The notes beneath the pieces are model-generated. The model saw only the letters and a program-made list of their open reading frames with translations, did not search any database and had not been told where the DNA came from. This document shows, piece by piece, positions 19,326 to 28,057 of a stretch of DNA of 64,000 nt. Source of the stretch: Pseudonocardia sp. 73-21 (GTDB taxonomy: Bacteria > Actinomycetota > Actinomycetes > Mycobacteriales > Pseudonocardiaceae); contig NZ_MKVV01000024.1 of NCBI RefSeq assembly GCF_001899645.1, positions 121,016-185,015 on the forward strand, read 5' to 3'. The position numbers and the translations under genes are program-made. Numbering within the stretch: the first letter of the stretch is position 1; each line of letters opens with the position of its first letter.

Positions 19326-19844
19326 ATGTCGGGCTGGGACAGCTACCGCGCGGTGTACGGCGCGGAGCTTCGTGCGGCGGCACACGAGTTCGAGGACCAC
19401 GGCTGGTCCGTGGCCGGGCAGACCGCCACCACGCTGCTGCTGATCACCGGCCGGGCGCTGGACGTCCTCGAGGTGCCCGCCGTCACCGGTCGGGAGATCT
19501 GCGCCCAGCTGCGCGACACCGGCCGGGTCGTCCCCGTGGCCGCCACCGACTCCGGCACCTGGTGGTTCCCCGTGAGCGCCGGCGCGGAGCTGCCGGTCGA
19601 GCTCGCCGCCGCCGGGGGCGTCGTGCTGCACGGCGCCGGGGACGCGGTGCTCGCGCCGCCGTCGCAGGTGCCCGACGGCTGGGTGCACTGGCGGGTCTCG
19701 CCCGCGCTGGTCGGTTACCGCGTGCCGCCCGCCGATGTCGTCCTCCATGCCGCTGTCGACGCCGTTCGACAGCACTCCGCCCACGACCCGCACCCGGGCG
19801 CCCAGCGGCCCGCCGGCGCGACGGTGGCGGCGATGCGGTCCTAG
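19326..19844 (+). CDS. Short, degenerate bifunctional primase/polymerase (Prim-Pol)-like protein
   Basis: LLLITGRALDVLEV, VAATDSGTWWF, VLHGAGDAVLAPPS and VHWRVSP resemble the actinobacterial Prim-Pol-like family; N-terminal part shortened. Confidence 0.55.
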   Translation: MSGWDSYRAVYGAELRAAAHEFEDHGWSVAGQTATTLLLITGRALDVLEVPAVTGREICAQLRDTGRVVPVAATDSGTWWFPVSAGAELPVELAAAGGVVLHGAGDAVLAPPSQVPDGWVHWRVSPALVGYRVPPADVVLHAAVDAVRQHSAHDPHPGAQRPAGATVAAMRS

Positions 19845-20230
19845 CGGACCGCGACCCGGGCTCCGGCTCGGTCCTCGCTGCTGCAGCCGTCGCGCTGCGC
19901 CGAGGACCCCGGTGCCCGGTGGTGCGGCGCGGCGTGAGGTTTCCCGGACGCGGCCGCACCACCACAACATGGCCGGGGTCGGTGGATCACCACCGACCCC
20001 GGCCAGAACACACGACGGCACCGCGGGAGCCGAGTACCTCCCGATGCCGTGGGGGCAATCACGACTCCGGGAGGCACTGCCCCCGACCGGAGTGGACCCG
20101 AAGAACACGTCCACCGGCAGCCGGGCACCGTGGTTCGGGCTGCCCGTCCCCTCCGCCGCGGGGCAGCGGTGGAGAAGCCGAACATGCGATCCGAACACCT
20201 CGCATTCGCGGGGACGGGCACTATGGGTTC

Positions 20231-21598
20231 GTGCAGACTTCGCAGTCCCCCCGATCGGACGCGTCCGGCGACGCGGACACAGGGCCGATCGGTGTCGTTC
20301 CGCCCCGCACTCGTCCGGTCGTGGAGGTCGGGCTCGGGTTCGGTCACGTCGACTCCACCACCCGGGCTAACGACCTCCGGAAGATGAAGCGGCTCGCCAC
20401 CGGACTGCTGCTTGTGGCCACCGCCATCTTCCTGGTCTCACGCTGGTGGGAGGTGAACGACGGCCCCACCTGGATCGGCTACGTCCGGGCGATGGCCGAG
20501 GCCGGCATGGTGGGAGCGCTCGCCGACTGGTTCGCGGTCACCGCGCTCTTCCGGCATCCCCTCGGGATCCCGATCCCGCACACGGCGATCATCCCGAGGA
20601 AGAAGGACATGATCGGCGACAGCCTCGGCGACTTCGTCGGGGAGAACTTCCTGTCCGAGGACGTGGTGCGCGACAAGCTCGCCCGCGTCGAGGTGTCGTC
20701 GCGGGTGGGGGCGTGGATCGGCCAGGAGGCCAACGCCGACCGCATCACCGCCGAGCTCGCCACGGCCGCCCGGGGCGTCGTCACCGTGCTGCGCGACGAG
20801 GACGTCCAGGACGTCATCGAGCAGGTGCTCGTGCGCAAGCTGATGGAGAAGCCGATCGGGCCTCCGCTGGGTACCGTGCTCGAGGGCGTGCTGGCCGACG
20901 GGGCGCACCACCGCATGGTCGACCTGGTGTGCGACCGCGCCTACGACTGGGTGGTGGCCAACCAGGAGATGGTGCTGCGGATCGTGCACGAGCGGGCGCC
21001 GTCGTGGTCGCCGCGGTTCGTCGACGACCTCATCGCCGACAAGCTGTTCCTCGAGGTGCAGAACTTCGCGTGGGCGGTGAAGACCGACCCCGAGCACCCG
21101 CTGCGCAAGGCGATCGACACGTTCCTCGTCGAGTTCGCCACCGACCTGCAGCGCGACCCCGACACCATCGAGCGGGCGGAGCGCATCAAGCAGCAGATCG
21201 TGGCCCATCCCGAGGTGCAGAGGTTCATCGGCCAGGCGTGGGGCACGGTCAAGGGCCTCATCCTCGACGCGGCGGCCGACCCCTCCAGCGCCCTGCGCAC
21301 CCGCGTGCGCGACGGACTCGTGTCGTTCGGCACCCGGCTGAGCACCGACGCGGAGCTGCGCGGCAAGCTCGACGGCTGGCTCGCCGACGCGGCCGGCTAC
21401 GTCGTGCGCCACTACCGGGGCGAGATCACCACGCTGATCACCGACACCGTCTCGCGCTGGGACGCCGAGGAGACCTCCCGCAAGGTGGAGCTCCAGGTGG
21501 GCCGCGACCTGCAGTTCATCCGCATCAACGGCACGGTGGTGGGCGCGCTGGCCGGGCTCGTGATCTACACGGTGGGGCAGGTGGCCTTCGGGGGGTGA
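20231..21598 (+). CDS. DUF445 family membrane protein
   Basis: MKRLATGLL, AMAEAGMVGALADWFAVTALFRHP and GRDLQFIRINGTVVG; start uncertain (GTG 20231 or 20321). Confidence 0.92.
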   Translation: MQTSQSPRSDASGDADTGPIGVVPPRTRPVVEVGLGFGHVDSTTRANDLRKMKRLATGLLLVATAIFLVSRWWEVNDGPTWIGYVRAMAEAGMVGALADWFAVTALFRHPLGIPIPHTAIIPRKKDMIGDSLGDFVGENFLSEDVVRDKLARVEVSSRVGAWIGQEANADRITAELATAARGVVTVLRDEDVQDVIEQVLVRKLMEKPIGPPLGTVLEGVLADGAHHRMVDLVCDRAYDWVVANQEMVLRIVHERAPSWSPRFVDDLIADKLFLEVQNFAWAVKTDPEHPLRKAIDTFLVEFATDLQRDPDTIERAERIKQQIVAHPEVQRFIGQAWGTVKGLILDAAADPSSALRTRVRDGLVSFGTRLSTDAELRGKLDGWLADAAGYVVRHYRGEITTLITDTVSRWDAEETSRKVELQVGRDLQFIRINGTVVGALAGLVIYTVGQVAFGG

Positions 21599-21734
21599 CC
21601 CTTCCGGGGTGAAACTGTCGGTGTTCGGCTCTAGGTTGCGGGCATGGGAATGACGGCGGTGGGGCAGCGGCCCCCGGCCCGGCCGCACGGCCCCACCCGG
21701 CCGCGGCCGGGCCCGGGTCCCCGTGGGCAGCGGC

Positions 21735-22301
21735 TCACACCGGGCGGTACGCGCTGAACAGCACCTGACCGGGCGCCCGCGTCACGGCCACGTCCACCAG
21801 ACCGGCGCGTCCCAGCCGGCCGGGCAGCGTCGCGGGGTCCACCACCGTCATGGTGTCGCCGATGTGCAGGAACCGGAACCGCAGGCTCGGTTGGCTGTCC
21901 AGCCCCGCGAAGACCCCGCCCGGGCGCAGCACGCGGGCGGCCTCGGCGAACAGCGCGTCCTGCTGCTGCGCCGACGGCACGTGGTGCAGCATCGTGAAGC
22001 AGACCACCGCGGAGAACCGCCCGTCCGGGAACGGCAGCGCGGCGCCGTCGCCCAGTACCACGTCCACGCGGTCGCCGAACTCGGCCCGCAGCCGCTCCAC
22101 CGAGGCCGGGTCGATCTCCACGCAGGTCAGGGCGGGCAGGTGGTCCACCATCGCCCGGGTCGTGGCCCCGAAGCCGGGGCCGATCTCGAGCACGTCGTCG
22201 CCCAGCGGCGTGCCCGCGAGGAAGCCGGGCATGCGGTCCCGCACGGCGGCGGCCCACTTCGGCGAGCTGCAGATCCGGCGGTGGATCAGGTTCATCGGCA
22301 T
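21735..22301 (-). CDS. Class I SAM-dependent methyltransferase
   Basis: VLEIGPGFG, GDGAALPFPDGRFSAVVCFTMLHHV and RVLRPGG. Confidence 0.92.
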   Translation of the reverse strand: MPMNLIHRRICSSPKWAAAVRDRMPGFLAGTPLGDDVLEIGPGFGATTRAMVDHLPALTCVEIDPASVERLRAEFGDRVDVVLGDGAALPFPDGRFSAVVCFTMLHHVPSAQQQDALFAEAARVLRPGGVFAGLDSQPSLRFRFLHIGDTMTVVDPATLPGRLGRAGLVDVAVTRAPGQVLFSAYRPV

Positions 22302-22344
22302 GCGTCGACCGTAGGGTGGCGGCTTCACGCGCGGAGGACGGATC

Positions 22345-22533
22345 ATGTCGTCTGACGGTCAGGGGCCGATCGCCGTCGGGTCCCTCCCGATGAACGCGGG
22401 CTGGTGGTTCGGCGAGCACGTCCAGCCGGAGCGGCGGGTGGCCCGCCGCGTCGGCTACGCGACGCCGAGCGCGTTCGTCGCCGCGTTCCGGCGGACGGTG
22501 GGGATGGCTCCGGGCCGCCACCTCGGCCTCTAG
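22345..22533 (+). pseudogene. AraC family regulator remnant (N- and C-termini fused, middle deleted)
   Basis: N-terminal IAVGSLPMNAGWWFGEH joined directly to the C-terminal HTH VARRVGYATPSAFVAAFRRTVGMAPG; only 62 aa. Confidence 0.8.
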
Positions 22534-22886
22534 AAGGCCCCTCCGACAGCGAGGCCGAGCCCGGCCGCGCCGAGCCCGGCCACCACCGAGCCCACCGCGT
22601 TGAACGTCGCGAGCAGTGCGCTCCGGCCCGAGGCCAGCTGCACCGTCTCGTAGCCGAACGTCGAGTACGTGGTGAGCGCGCCGCAGAAGCCCGTACCCAC
22701 GAGCGCGATCACGGCGGGGGAGGACGTCGCGCCGAACACCAGCCCCAGCACGAACGAGCCCACGACGTTGACGGTGAACGTGCCCCACGGGAAGCCGGTG
22801 TCGTGGCGCGACTGCACGAGCCGGTCCGTGGCGTAGCGCAGCGGCGCGCCGACCGCCGCGCCCAGCACCACCAGCAGCGGGATCAC
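22530..22886 (-). CDS. crcB: Fluoride channel Fluc/CrcB (second subunit)
   Basis: GAAVGAPLRY, FPWGTFTVNVVG and GFCGALTTYSTF; GTGA overlap with the upstream crcB. Confidence 0.95.
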   Translation of the reverse strand: MIPLLVVLGAAVGAPLRYATDRLVQSRHDTGFPWGTFTVNVVGSFVLGLVFGATSSPAVIALVGTGFCGALTTYSTFGYETVQLASGRSALLATFNAVGSVVAGLGAAGLGLAVGGAF

Positions 22887-23341
22887 CGGTGCACCGCCCG
22901 CGCGAGCCGGATGCCCGCCCACGTGGCGAGCACCGCGGCGGCGAGCGTGCCGGCGATGTAGGCGGCGGCCGTGCCGACGCGCCCGGTGGCCAGGAGCTGC
23001 TCGGAGTCCACGGCGTAGGTCGAGAACGTGGTGAACCCGCCCAGGAACCCCGTGACGACGAACGGCCGCACCAGCGGATGGGCCTGCCGCCACTCGGTGA
23101 TCACGACGATCAGCGCCCCGATGAGCAGGCAGCCGACCACGTTGATCAGGAACGTGCCGAGCGGGAACGCGCCGGTGCCGTGCGGCAGGGCGAGGCCGAC
23201 GCCGTAGCGGGCCAGCGCGCCGATCGCGCCACCCGCAGCGATCACCGCGAACACCCGCCCCTGCCCGGAGAGGGGTTCGAGCAGCCGCGGCGGTGGGACG
23301 ACGACGTCGTCCTCGCCGCTGGATGGGAGGGCGTCGGCCAT
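22883..23341 (-). CDS. crcB: Fluoride channel Fluc/CrcB (first subunit)
   Basis: GGAIGALARY, FPLGTFLINVVG and GFLGGFTTFSTY. Confidence 0.95.
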   Translation of the reverse strand: MADALPSSGEDDVVVPPPRLLEPLSGQGRVFAVIAAGGAIGALARYGVGLALPHGTGAFPLGTFLINVVGCLLIGALIVVITEWRQAHPLVRPFVVTGFLGGFTTFSTYAVDSEQLLATGRVGTAAAYIAGTLAAAVLATWAGIRLARAVHR

Positions 23342-23351
23342 GGCCCGGAAT

Positions 23352-23834
23352 CTACTCGGGGAGATCCACTCCGGCCGGTCGCCAGCCGTAGTGATGTCGC
23401 AGCAGCCGCTGCAGGAGCGCCTCGAGCTGGGCGCGTTCGTCGGCCGACAACGGCTCCATCAGCGCGTCCTGCGCGCGGTTGACCACCTCGTCGAGGGCGT
23501 GCAGGGCCTCGACGCCCTCCGGCGTGATCCGGATGGCGTTGCGCCTGCGGTCGCGCTCGTCGGGGGCGCGGACGGCCAGCCCGTCGCGTTCGAGCTCGTT
23601 GAGGGCGCCCACGATGTCGCTGCGGTCGATGCCGAGCCTGCGGCTCAGGTCCGCCTGGCTGAGGGGGCCGAACTCCTCGATGCCGGCCAGCACGCCGTAG
23701 TTCCGCTTGGCCCCGGGACGTCCGAAGGCGTCCCCGACCAGCTTGTTGGCCCGGCTCGCCGCCTGGTTGAGCAGCCACGACGGGAGCGCCCACATCCGTC
23801 GCGACGGGATCACCGCCCGCAGGTCGTCGTCCAT
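23352..23834 (-). CDS. MarR family transcriptional regulator
   Basis: LSQADLSRRLGIDRSDIVGALNELERDGLAVRAPDERDRRRNAIRITPEG. Confidence 0.95.
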   Translation of the reverse strand: MDDDLRAVIPSRRMWALPSWLLNQAASRANKLVGDAFGRPGAKRNYGVLAGIEEFGPLSQADLSRRLGIDRSDIVGALNELERDGLAVRAPDERDRRRNAIRITPEGVEALHALDEVVNRAQDALMEPLSADERAQLEALLQRLLRHHYGWRPAGVDLPE

Positions 23835-23852
23835 GGCCCCACCCTAGCTGAT

Positions 23853-23897
23853 CGTTGAACTTCCAACGCTGTTCGGTCTAGCGTTGGAAGTCCAACG
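23853..23897. promoter_or_regulatory. Two MarR-type operators CGTTG-N6-CAACG
   Basis: CGTTGAACTTCCAACG (23853-23868) and CGTTGGAAGTCCAACG (23882-23897), between the divergent marR and MFS genes. Confidence 0.8.
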
Positions 23898-23910
23898 ACA
23901 GGAGCGGGGA

Positions 23911-25290
23911 ATGACCCGGACGGAAGCGATCCCCGCGGCGGTCTGGCGGCTGGCCGTCGTGCTGGCCTTCGGCGGCGTCATGGCGGGGCTGGACACGTCG
24001 GTGGTGAACGTCGGGCTCGACGTCACCGGTCGCGACCTCGACGCCTCCCTCGCGTCGGTGCAGTGGGTGCAGAGCGGCTACCTGCTCGCGCTCGCCGCTG
24101 CGCTTCCCGTCTGCGGCTGGATCAGCAGGCGGGTCGGGGCCGGTCGGCTGTGGCTGTGGTCGCTGGCGGCGTTCACCGGCACCTCGGCCCTCTGCGCGCT
24201 GGCGCCGGGCATCGGCTGGCTCATTGCGTTCCGCGTGCTGCAGGGCGTCGCGGGCGGGTTGCTCGTGCCGTCGGGGATGACGGTGCTCGGGCAGGCTGCA
24301 GGCCCGGGCCGGATGGGACGCGTGGTGGCCACGACGAGCGTGCCGGCGATCCTGGCCCCCGCCGTCGGGCCGGTCGTCGGAGCGCTGCTGATCAGCGAGC
24401 CCTCCTGGCACTGGCTGTTCCTGGTCAACGTGCCGGCCGGGGTGCTCGGCCTGGTGGTCGGGCTGCGCACCGTGCCGCGGGGGGGCACGACGGGAGCGGG
24501 CCGCCTGGACGGGCCGGGGCTCGCCCTGGTGGCCGTCGTGCTGCCGCTGCTGACCTACGCGATCACCGAGGCGGCCGCGTCGCGCACGCTGCTGGCGCCG
24601 TCCGTCGCACCGCCGCTGGCGGGCGGGGTGCCCCCGCTGCTCGCGTTCGTCCGCCGTTCGCTGCGCTCGGCGGCCCCGCTGCTGGACCTCCGGCTGTTCC
24701 GCAACCGCGGCTACGCGGCGGCGTCGTTCGAGGTGCTGTTCAACGGGGCGGCCCTGTTCGGCGGGCTGATCGTCATGCCGCTGTACTTCCAGCTCCAGCG
24801 CCGGGCGGGCATCGTCGAGACCGGGCTGCTGCTCACGGCGTTCAGTCTGGGCGCCGCCGCGACCTTCCCGGTCGCCGGCCGGCTCGCCGACCGCCACGGC
24901 GGCGGGATCGTCACGCTCGCGGTCCTGGTCGTCACCACGCTGAGCACCGTCGCGCTCGCGCTGTCGCCCGCCGACGTCGACGTCGTGACGGTCGAGCTGC
25001 TCATGGTGGCGCGGGGCATCGGCCTGGCGCTCTCGGGCATGCCGGCCGTCTCGGCGGCCTTCGCCACCGTCAGCGCCCGGCAGCTGCCCGACGCCACCTC
25101 GCAGATCACCATCCTGTCGCGCGTCGGCGGGGCGATCGGCGGCGCCGTGTTCGTCGTGATCCTGACCGGCGCGCTGCCCGCCGGCGTCGCCGCCGCCTTC
25201 CGGCTCACGTTCTGGTCGCTCACCGCGGCCACGCTCGCCGCGCTGGGGGCGCCACCTGGCTCGTGCGCGAACAGCGCCGGCCGCCACTGA
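23911..25290 (+). CDS. DHA2-type MFS drug efflux transporter
   Basis: GLDTSVVNVGL, VQWVQSGYLL, FRVLQGVAGG and LLDLRLFRNR; GGAG RBS. The extreme C-terminus may be frameshifted. Confidence 0.88.
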   Translation: MTRTEAIPAAVWRLAVVLAFGGVMAGLDTSVVNVGLDVTGRDLDASLASVQWVQSGYLLALAAALPVCGWISRRVGAGRLWLWSLAAFTGTSALCALAPGIGWLIAFRVLQGVAGGLLVPSGMTVLGQAAGPGRMGRVVATTSVPAILAPAVGPVVGALLISEPSWHWLFLVNVPAGVLGLVVGLRTVPRGGTTGAGRLDGPGLALVAVVLPLLTYAITEAAASRTLLAPSVAPPLAGGVPPLLAFVRRSLRSAAPLLDLRLFRNRGYAAASFEVLFNGAALFGGLIVMPLYFQLQRRAGIVETGLLLTAFSLGAAATFPVAGRLADRHGGGIVTLAVLVVTTLSTVALALSPADVDVVTVELLMVARGIGLALSGMPAVSAAFATVSARQLPDATSQITILSRVGGAIGGAVFVVILTGALPAGVAAAFRLTFWSLTAATLAALGAPPGSCANSAGRH

Positions 25291-25299
25291 GGAGGGGTC

Positions 25300-25736
25300 A
25301 TGACCCGCATCGCCATCGTCATCGGCAGCACCCGTCCCGGCCGGCGGGCCGCCGCCATCGCGCGCTGGGTCGAGAAGGCGGCCGCGCAGCGCGGCGACGC
25401 CGAGTACGAGGTCGTCGACCTGGCCGAGCACGTCCTGCCGCATCTCGACGAGCCGGTGCCGGCGGCGCTGAGCGGGGACTACGCCGCGCCGCACACCCGG
25501 CGCTGGGCCGAGACGATCGCCGCCTTCGACGGCTACGTGTTCGTGACGCCCGAGTACAACCACTCGACGACGGGTGTCCTCAAGAACGCCATCGACTACC
25601 TCTGGCCCTGTCCATCTTCACCGACTTCGACGACACCGAGGTCGCCGCGACACCGCGCCACGGGAGGGAGCTCGACCTCATGCTCGGTCAGGTGGTGGCG
25701 TGGGCGCGGGCTCTCGCGCCGCTCCGTGGGGCGTGA
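25300..25736 (+). pseudogene. NADPH-dependent FMN reductase, internally deleted and frameshifted
   Basis: IVIGSTRPGR...VTPEYNHSTTGVLKNAIDYLW, then at ~25605 a jump to another frame ALSIFTDFDD...MLGQVVAWARALAPLR*. The central YG-GG segment is missing. Confidence 0.82.
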
Positions 25737-25755
25737 TGGATGCCACCCCACCTGC

Positions 25756-25772
25756 GCAAGCAGAGTGCTTGC
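25756..25772. promoter_or_regulatory. Inverted repeat upstream of the XRE-hbhA operon (candidate operator)
   Basis: GCAAGCA-GAG-TGCTTGC, perfect 7-bp arms. Confidence 0.5.
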
Positions 25773-25829
25773 TGTAGCTAGCAGTCGCGGGTAGCTTGGG
25801 AGAGGTCAGCGAGACGGAGGTGAACGAAC

Positions 25830-26264
25830 GTGACGGGCAGCAAGAACGAGAACCCGGTCGGCCAGGCCGTCGAGCTGGTCGAACAGGCCGGTCACGTCGT
25901 CGGCCAGGCCGTCAGTGACATCAGCACCGACATCGGCAGCTACATCCGCAGCCAGCGCGAAGGCGCGCAGGTCTCCCTGCGCCAGCTGGCGCGCACCGCC
26001 GGTGTCAGCAACCCCTACCTCAGCCAGATCGAGCGCGGGTTGCGCAAACCGTCCGCCGAGATCCTCCAGCAGATCGCGAAGGGCCTGCGGATCTCCGCCG
26101 AGGCCCTGTACGTGAAGGCCGGGATCCTGGAGGAGAAGCCGGCGAGCGCCGTCACCGATGCCGTGTTCGCCGATCCGACTTTGACGGAGCGCCAGAAGCA
26201 GGTGCTCCTCGACATCTACAACACCTTCCGGCGCGAGAACGCCGCCGGCACCGAACAGGAGTGA
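25830..26264 (+). CDS. XRE-family HTH transcriptional regulator (Rv0474-like)
   Basis: SLRQLARTAGVSNPYLSQIERGLRKPSAEILQQIAKGL. Confidence 0.93.
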   Translation: MTGSKNENPVGQAVELVEQAGHVVGQAVSDISTDIGSYIRSQREGAQVSLRQLARTAGVSNPYLSQIERGLRKPSAEILQQIAKGLRISAEALYVKAGILEEKPASAVTDAVFADPTLTERQKQVLLDIYNTFRRENAAGTEQE

Positions 26265-26269
26265 TTGAC

Positions 26270-27007
26270 ATGGCTGTTTCCCTGCCCACCGCCGCGGACG
26301 TTCGCAAGGCCCGCGAGCAGGCCGCCCAGAACGTCGCCGAGCAGGCCGAGGTCGCCCGCACGCCGCTGCTGGCCGTTCTCGGCCTCGGCGACTACGCCGT
26401 CGCCACGGTCTCCAAGGCCGTCACCGACGCCCGCACCCGCGCCGCCGAGCGTCGCGAGTTCGTGCAGACGCAGGTCTCCGAGCTGCCCAGCCGCCTGAAC
26501 ACCGACGAGCTGCGCAAGCTGGTCGCCGACCTGCGCGAGCAGGCCGAGGCCACCTACGACGGCTTCGCCGAGCGCGGCGAGAAGACCTGGGGCAAGATCC
26601 GCAAGCAGCCGCAGGTCAAGCAGGCCATCGCGACGATCGAGACCTACACCGAGCAGCTCGACGCCCGTGTCGACACCTTTGTCGACGAGGCGCACGACGT
26701 CGCCGAGAAGGCGCTCGCCACCGTGACGCGGCAGACGCGCTCCACCGGTGAGAAGGTCGCGCAGGGCACGCAGAAGATCGCCGCCGAGGCGGCCGAGGTC
26801 GTCTCCGAGGTCGCCAAGGACGCCGGCAAGACCGTCGCCGAGGCCGGCGACGACGCCGCCGCCACGATCAACGCGGTCGGCGACGAGGCGGCCAGCGAGA
26901 CCCGCAGCGTGGCCCGCAAGACGGCCAACCGCACCGCCCCGAAGACGGCGCCGAAGACCGCCACCCGCAAGCCGGCCGCTCGCCGGACCACCACCAACGG
27001 CTCCTGA
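26270..27007 (+). CDS. hbhA: HBHA-like coiled-coil protein with a Lys/Ala/Pro/Thr-rich tail
   Basis: RTPLLAVLGLGDYAV, coiled-coil core and KTAPKTAPKTATRKPAARR tail; lies between the XRE and DUF2516 genes as in mycobacteria. Confidence 0.75.
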   Translation: MAVSLPTAADVRKAREQAAQNVAEQAEVARTPLLAVLGLGDYAVATVSKAVTDARTRAAERREFVQTQVSELPSRLNTDELRKLVADLREQAEATYDGFAERGEKTWGKIRKQPQVKQAIATIETYTEQLDARVDTFVDEAHDVAEKALATVTRQTRSTGEKVAQGTQKIAAEAAEVVSEVAKDAGKTVAEAGDDAAATINAVGDEAASETRSVARKTANRTAPKTAPKTATRKPAARRTTTNGS

Positions 27008-27025
27008 CCGCTCCTCGCACGACAC

Positions 27026-27058
27026 GCACCCCCGAGGCCTCCCGCGCCTCGGGGGTGC
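27026..27058 (+). terminator. Hairpin after the hbhA-like gene
   Basis: GCACCCCCGAGGC/GCCTCGGGGGTGC, 13-bp stem. Confidence 0.7.
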
Positions 27059-27124
27059 TGCCGTGTTCGGGCGTTCACAGGAGCGGGGATGTGCTCGACC
27101 CCACCCCGCACGTACTCTGAGTGC

Positions 27125-27496
27125 GTGAACGTCCTCGAGCACCTCGACGCGCTGGTGTTGTTCGCGATCGGTCTCGCGGCCGCACCGGTCGCGGGGTACG
27201 CGTTCGTGCACGCCCTGCGACAGCGGTCCGACGCCTTCACCGCCGTCGGCAAACTGACGAAGAACGCCTGGCTGGGCATCACCGGCGCCGCGATGTTCTT
27301 CCTCCTGCTGATCCCCGTCTTCGGCGCGCTCTCGTCGGTCTCCTACGCCGGTTTCTGGGGTGTCGTCGGCGCCTTCCAGGGCCCCGGCAGCAGCATGACG
27401 CTGTTCTGGCTGGCCGGTGTGGTGGCCATCAGCGTCTACATCGTCGACGTGAAGCCGGCCATCGTCGGCGTCCAGGGTGGCGGACAGCGCTGGTGA
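27125..27496 (+). CDS. DUF2516 family membrane protein
   Basis: AFVHALRQRSDAFTAVGKLTKNAWLGI and SVYIVDVKPAI. Confidence 0.85.
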   Translation: MNVLEHLDALVLFAIGLAAAPVAGYAFVHALRQRSDAFTAVGKLTKNAWLGITGAAMFFLLLIPVFGALSSVSYAGFWGVVGAFQGPGSSMTLFWLAGVVAISVYIVDVKPAIVGVQGGGQRW

Positions 27497-28041
27497 CCTG
27501 GCCCGTCCTCGGCACCCTGTCGGCGGTGCCCGCGCTGGAGCGCCCCGACCTGCTCGGCAAGCCCGTCGCTCGCGCGCTCGAACTGCTCGACCCGGCCGAG
27601 GCCGCCCTCGTCGGCGTCGCGGAGATCGATCCCGACCTGGCCGACACGGCCGCGTTCTGCGAGGCCTACGGGTCCCCACTGGACGGCTCGGCCAACTGCG
27701 TGGTCGTCGCCGGGCGCCGGGGTGAGCTCACCAGCTACGCGGCGTGCCTGGTGCTCGCCACCACCCGCGCCGACGTCAACGGCCTGGTCCGCAAGCGCCT
27801 GAACGCCCGCAAGGCGTCCTTCGCGCCGATGGACGACGCCGTGTCGCTCACCGGCATGGAGTACGGCGGCATCACGCCGGTCGGCCTGCCCGACGACTGG
27901 CCCCTGCTGGTCGACGCGGCCGTCGCCGCCGCCGACGCGGTGGTGATCGGCAGCGGCATCCGCGGCTCGAAGCTGGCCCTCCCCGGGGCGCTGGCCGCGC
28001 GACTGGCGCACGCGGAAGTCACCGAGGGCCTCGCCCGTTGA
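27493..28041 (+). CDS. YbaK/EbsC (aminoacyl-tRNA deacylase) family protein
   Basis: IDPDLADTAAFCEAYG, SANCVVV, RKASFAPMD, TGMEYGGITPVGLP and VIGSGIRGSKL; GTGA overlap. Confidence 0.9.
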   Translation: MTWPVLGTLSAVPALERPDLLGKPVARALELLDPAEAALVGVAEIDPDLADTAAFCEAYGSPLDGSANCVVVAGRRGELTSYAACLVLATTRADVNGLVRKRLNARKASFAPMDDAVSLTGMEYGGITPVGLPDDWPLLVDAAVAAADAVVIGSGIRGSKLALPGALAARLAHAEVTEGLAR

Positions 28042-28057
28042 GTCGACCAGGCTCATA
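28037..28057. promoter_or_regulatory. HAIR-like (HspR) operator upstream of lon
   Basis: GTTGAGT-CGACCAG-GCTCATA versus consensus CTTGAGT-N7-ACTCAAG; a second CTTGAGC half-site at 28086. Confidence 0.6.

Noticed and set aside
23341-23400. Fluoride riboswitch upstream of crcB
   Set aside because: The region is the marR 3' end and lacks the aptamer consensus.
25240-25290. Frameshift at the DHA2 MFS C-terminus
   Set aside because: An alternative frame reads ATWLVREQRR, but it affects only the last ~15 residues and cannot be decided without orthologues.
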